64,000 nt of DNA from Gaiella sp. Lineage in GTDB: Bacteria; Actinomycetota; Thermoleophilia; Gaiellales; Gaiellaceae. The DNA is taken from the NCBI GenBank assembly GCA_036558885.1, contig DATBET010000059.1, positions 782 to 64,781 of the forward strand. The letters are read 5' to 3'. How positions within the stretch are numbered: position 1 is the first letter of the stretch; the number at the start of each line of letters is the position of its first letter. The notes below the pieces were generated by a model. It had not been told where the DNA came from. It was given only the letters and a program-made list of their open reading frames with translations, and searched no databases. This document shows, one piece after another, positions 62,892-64,000 of this stretch. The position numbers and the translations under genes were made by a program.

Positions 62892-64000
62892 CGTCGACGC
62901 AGGCTGCGCAGGCGCCGGCGAGGGCGCCGGCGGAGATCGTGACCGCCTCCGACCGCTGGACCGGCGACCGGCTCGTCGGCCGCGTCGTCCTCGTCGTCGC
63001 GGCCCTCTACGCGCTCGTCGTCGCCACGCTCGCGCTGCTCCGCTTCGCGGCGTTCGCCTCGGACTTCGACCACGGGATCTTCTCGCAGTACGTCTGGCTG
63101 CTCGGGCACCTCCACGAGCCGTTCAACACGATCGTGCTGCGGACGCTGCTCGGCGACCACGTCGAGCCGGGGATCGCGCTCCTCGCGCCGCTCGGGACGC
63201 TCGGGGTCGGCGCGCCGGGGATCCTCGTCGTGCAGACCCTCGCGCTCGCGGCGACCGCGCCGCTCCTCTACCACCTCGCCCGCGCGAGCGGCGCCAAGGG
63301 TTGGATCGCCGCCGTGCCGGCCGTGCTCTGGTGCGCCTCGCCGGTCGTGCTGCGCCCGGCCCTGCACGACTTCCACCCGGAGACGCTCGTGCCCGTCCTG
63401 CTCGTCGGCGGGCTGCTCCTCCTCGCCCACGACAGGGCCGCGTGGTTCGTCGTCACGGTCGTGCTCGCGTGCGCGATGAAGGAGGACGTGGGGCTGACCT
63501 ACGCGGCGCTCGGGCTCGTGTTCGCCTGGGAAGGGCGACGCAGACTGGGGTTCGCGCTCGCCGCGGGTGCAGCCGTGTGGTCGATGTTCGCGGTCTACGT
63601 CGTCCTACCCGCCTTCGGGAATGCCGCGACGGAGGAGTTCGGCCCTCGTTTCGCAGGCGATCGCGGCGACTCGTTCGCCGACGTCGTGCGGTACACGCTG
63701 CTTCATCCGTTCACTGCGGTCGACCGCGCGCTCACGCCGGCGGACGTCGGGGTCCTCGCGATGCTCGTGCTGACGACCGGGGGTCTCTGCCTGCTGGCGC
63801 CGGGGCGGCTCCTCGTGGTCGTGCCCGCGGCCGCGCTCAATCTCCTGTCGGCCTACGACCTGCAGCACACGATCCAGTACCACTACTGGATCGTCGCCAT
63901 GGGCGCCGTCGCGGCCGCCGGAGCGGTCGGCGCGGGGCGGATCAACCCGTCCGCGCGGACGACCTGGCTGCGCTGGGCCGCCGCGGCCGGCGTGCTGCTC
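62888..64000 (+). CDS. DUF2079-type GT-C-like membrane protein (3' truncated; absent from the ORF track)
   Basis: ATG 62888 (ATGA overlap); read by eye: DFDHGIFSQYVW, LGDHVEP, DFHPE, KEDVG, IQYHY. Confidence 0.8.
   Translation, partial: MTSTQAAQAPARAPAEIVTASDRWTGDRLVGRVVLVVAALYALVVATLALLRFAAFASDFDHGIFSQYVWLLGHLHEPFNTIVLRTLLGDHVEPGIALLAPLGTLGVGAPGILVVQTLALAATAPLLYHLARASGAKGWIAAVPAVLWCASPVVLRPALHDFHPETLVPVLLVGGLLLLAHDRAAWFVVTVVLACAMKEDVGLTYAALGLVFAWEGRRRLGFALAAGAAVWSMFAVYVVLPAFGNAATEEFGPRFAGDRGDSFADVVRYTLLHPFTAVDRALTPADVGVLAMLVLTTGGLCLLAPGRLLVVVPAAALNLLSAYDLQHTIQYHYWIVAMGAVAAAGAVGAGRINPSARTTWLRWAAAAGVLL

Noticed and set aside
316-63883. Many long alternative-frame and antisense ORFs (e.g. 6966-9629, 15882-18713, 33346-36303, 56308-58809)
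   Set aside because: Arg/Pro/Ala/Gly-rich shadow ORFs expected in very GC-rich DNA; each overlaps a motif-supported gene
1-64000. tRNA/rRNA genes, transposases, integrases, prophage or defence genes
   Set aside because: No recognisable motifs seen by eye

Overview
Very GC-rich actinobacterial DNA. Gene content and style suggest Thermoleophilia/Gaiella-like, which is inference only. The window is dominated by a >60 kb cell-envelope glycosylation region. It holds two O-antigen ligase/polymerase-family proteins, a Wzx flippase, an LPG-synthase-type flippase, three GT4s, four polyprenyl-phosphate-type GT2s and about seven GT-C-like multi-pass membrane proteins. It also holds three ATP-grasp ligases, two DegT aminotransferases, two NDP-sugar dehydratases/epimerases, two deacetylases, AsnB, NeuB with an SDR and an aldehyde dehydrogenase, and six SAM methyltransferase domains. 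Two unrelated blocks interrupt it. The first is a metal module at 3.5-8.2 kb: metallothionein-like peptide, tandem DtxR/MntR-like boxes, Tat-exported two-domain multicopper oxidase, ZIP with an extra extracytoplasmic domain, and MntH. The second is a xanthine-dehydrogenase-family/TetR-MFS/TolB-PASTA block at 17-24 kb. A compositionally distinct cassette spans about 41-52.6 kb. Non-coding signals include pervasive leaderless TANNNT-N6-8-start promoters, leaderless micro-ORFs coupled to downstream genes, a possible ACG start, a bipartite hairpin repeat present twice, and an inverted-repeat-bounded element covering the ZIP ribosome-binding site. I saw no tRNA, rRNA, CRISPR array or transposase. 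All product calls come from motif recognition by eye, not database searches.
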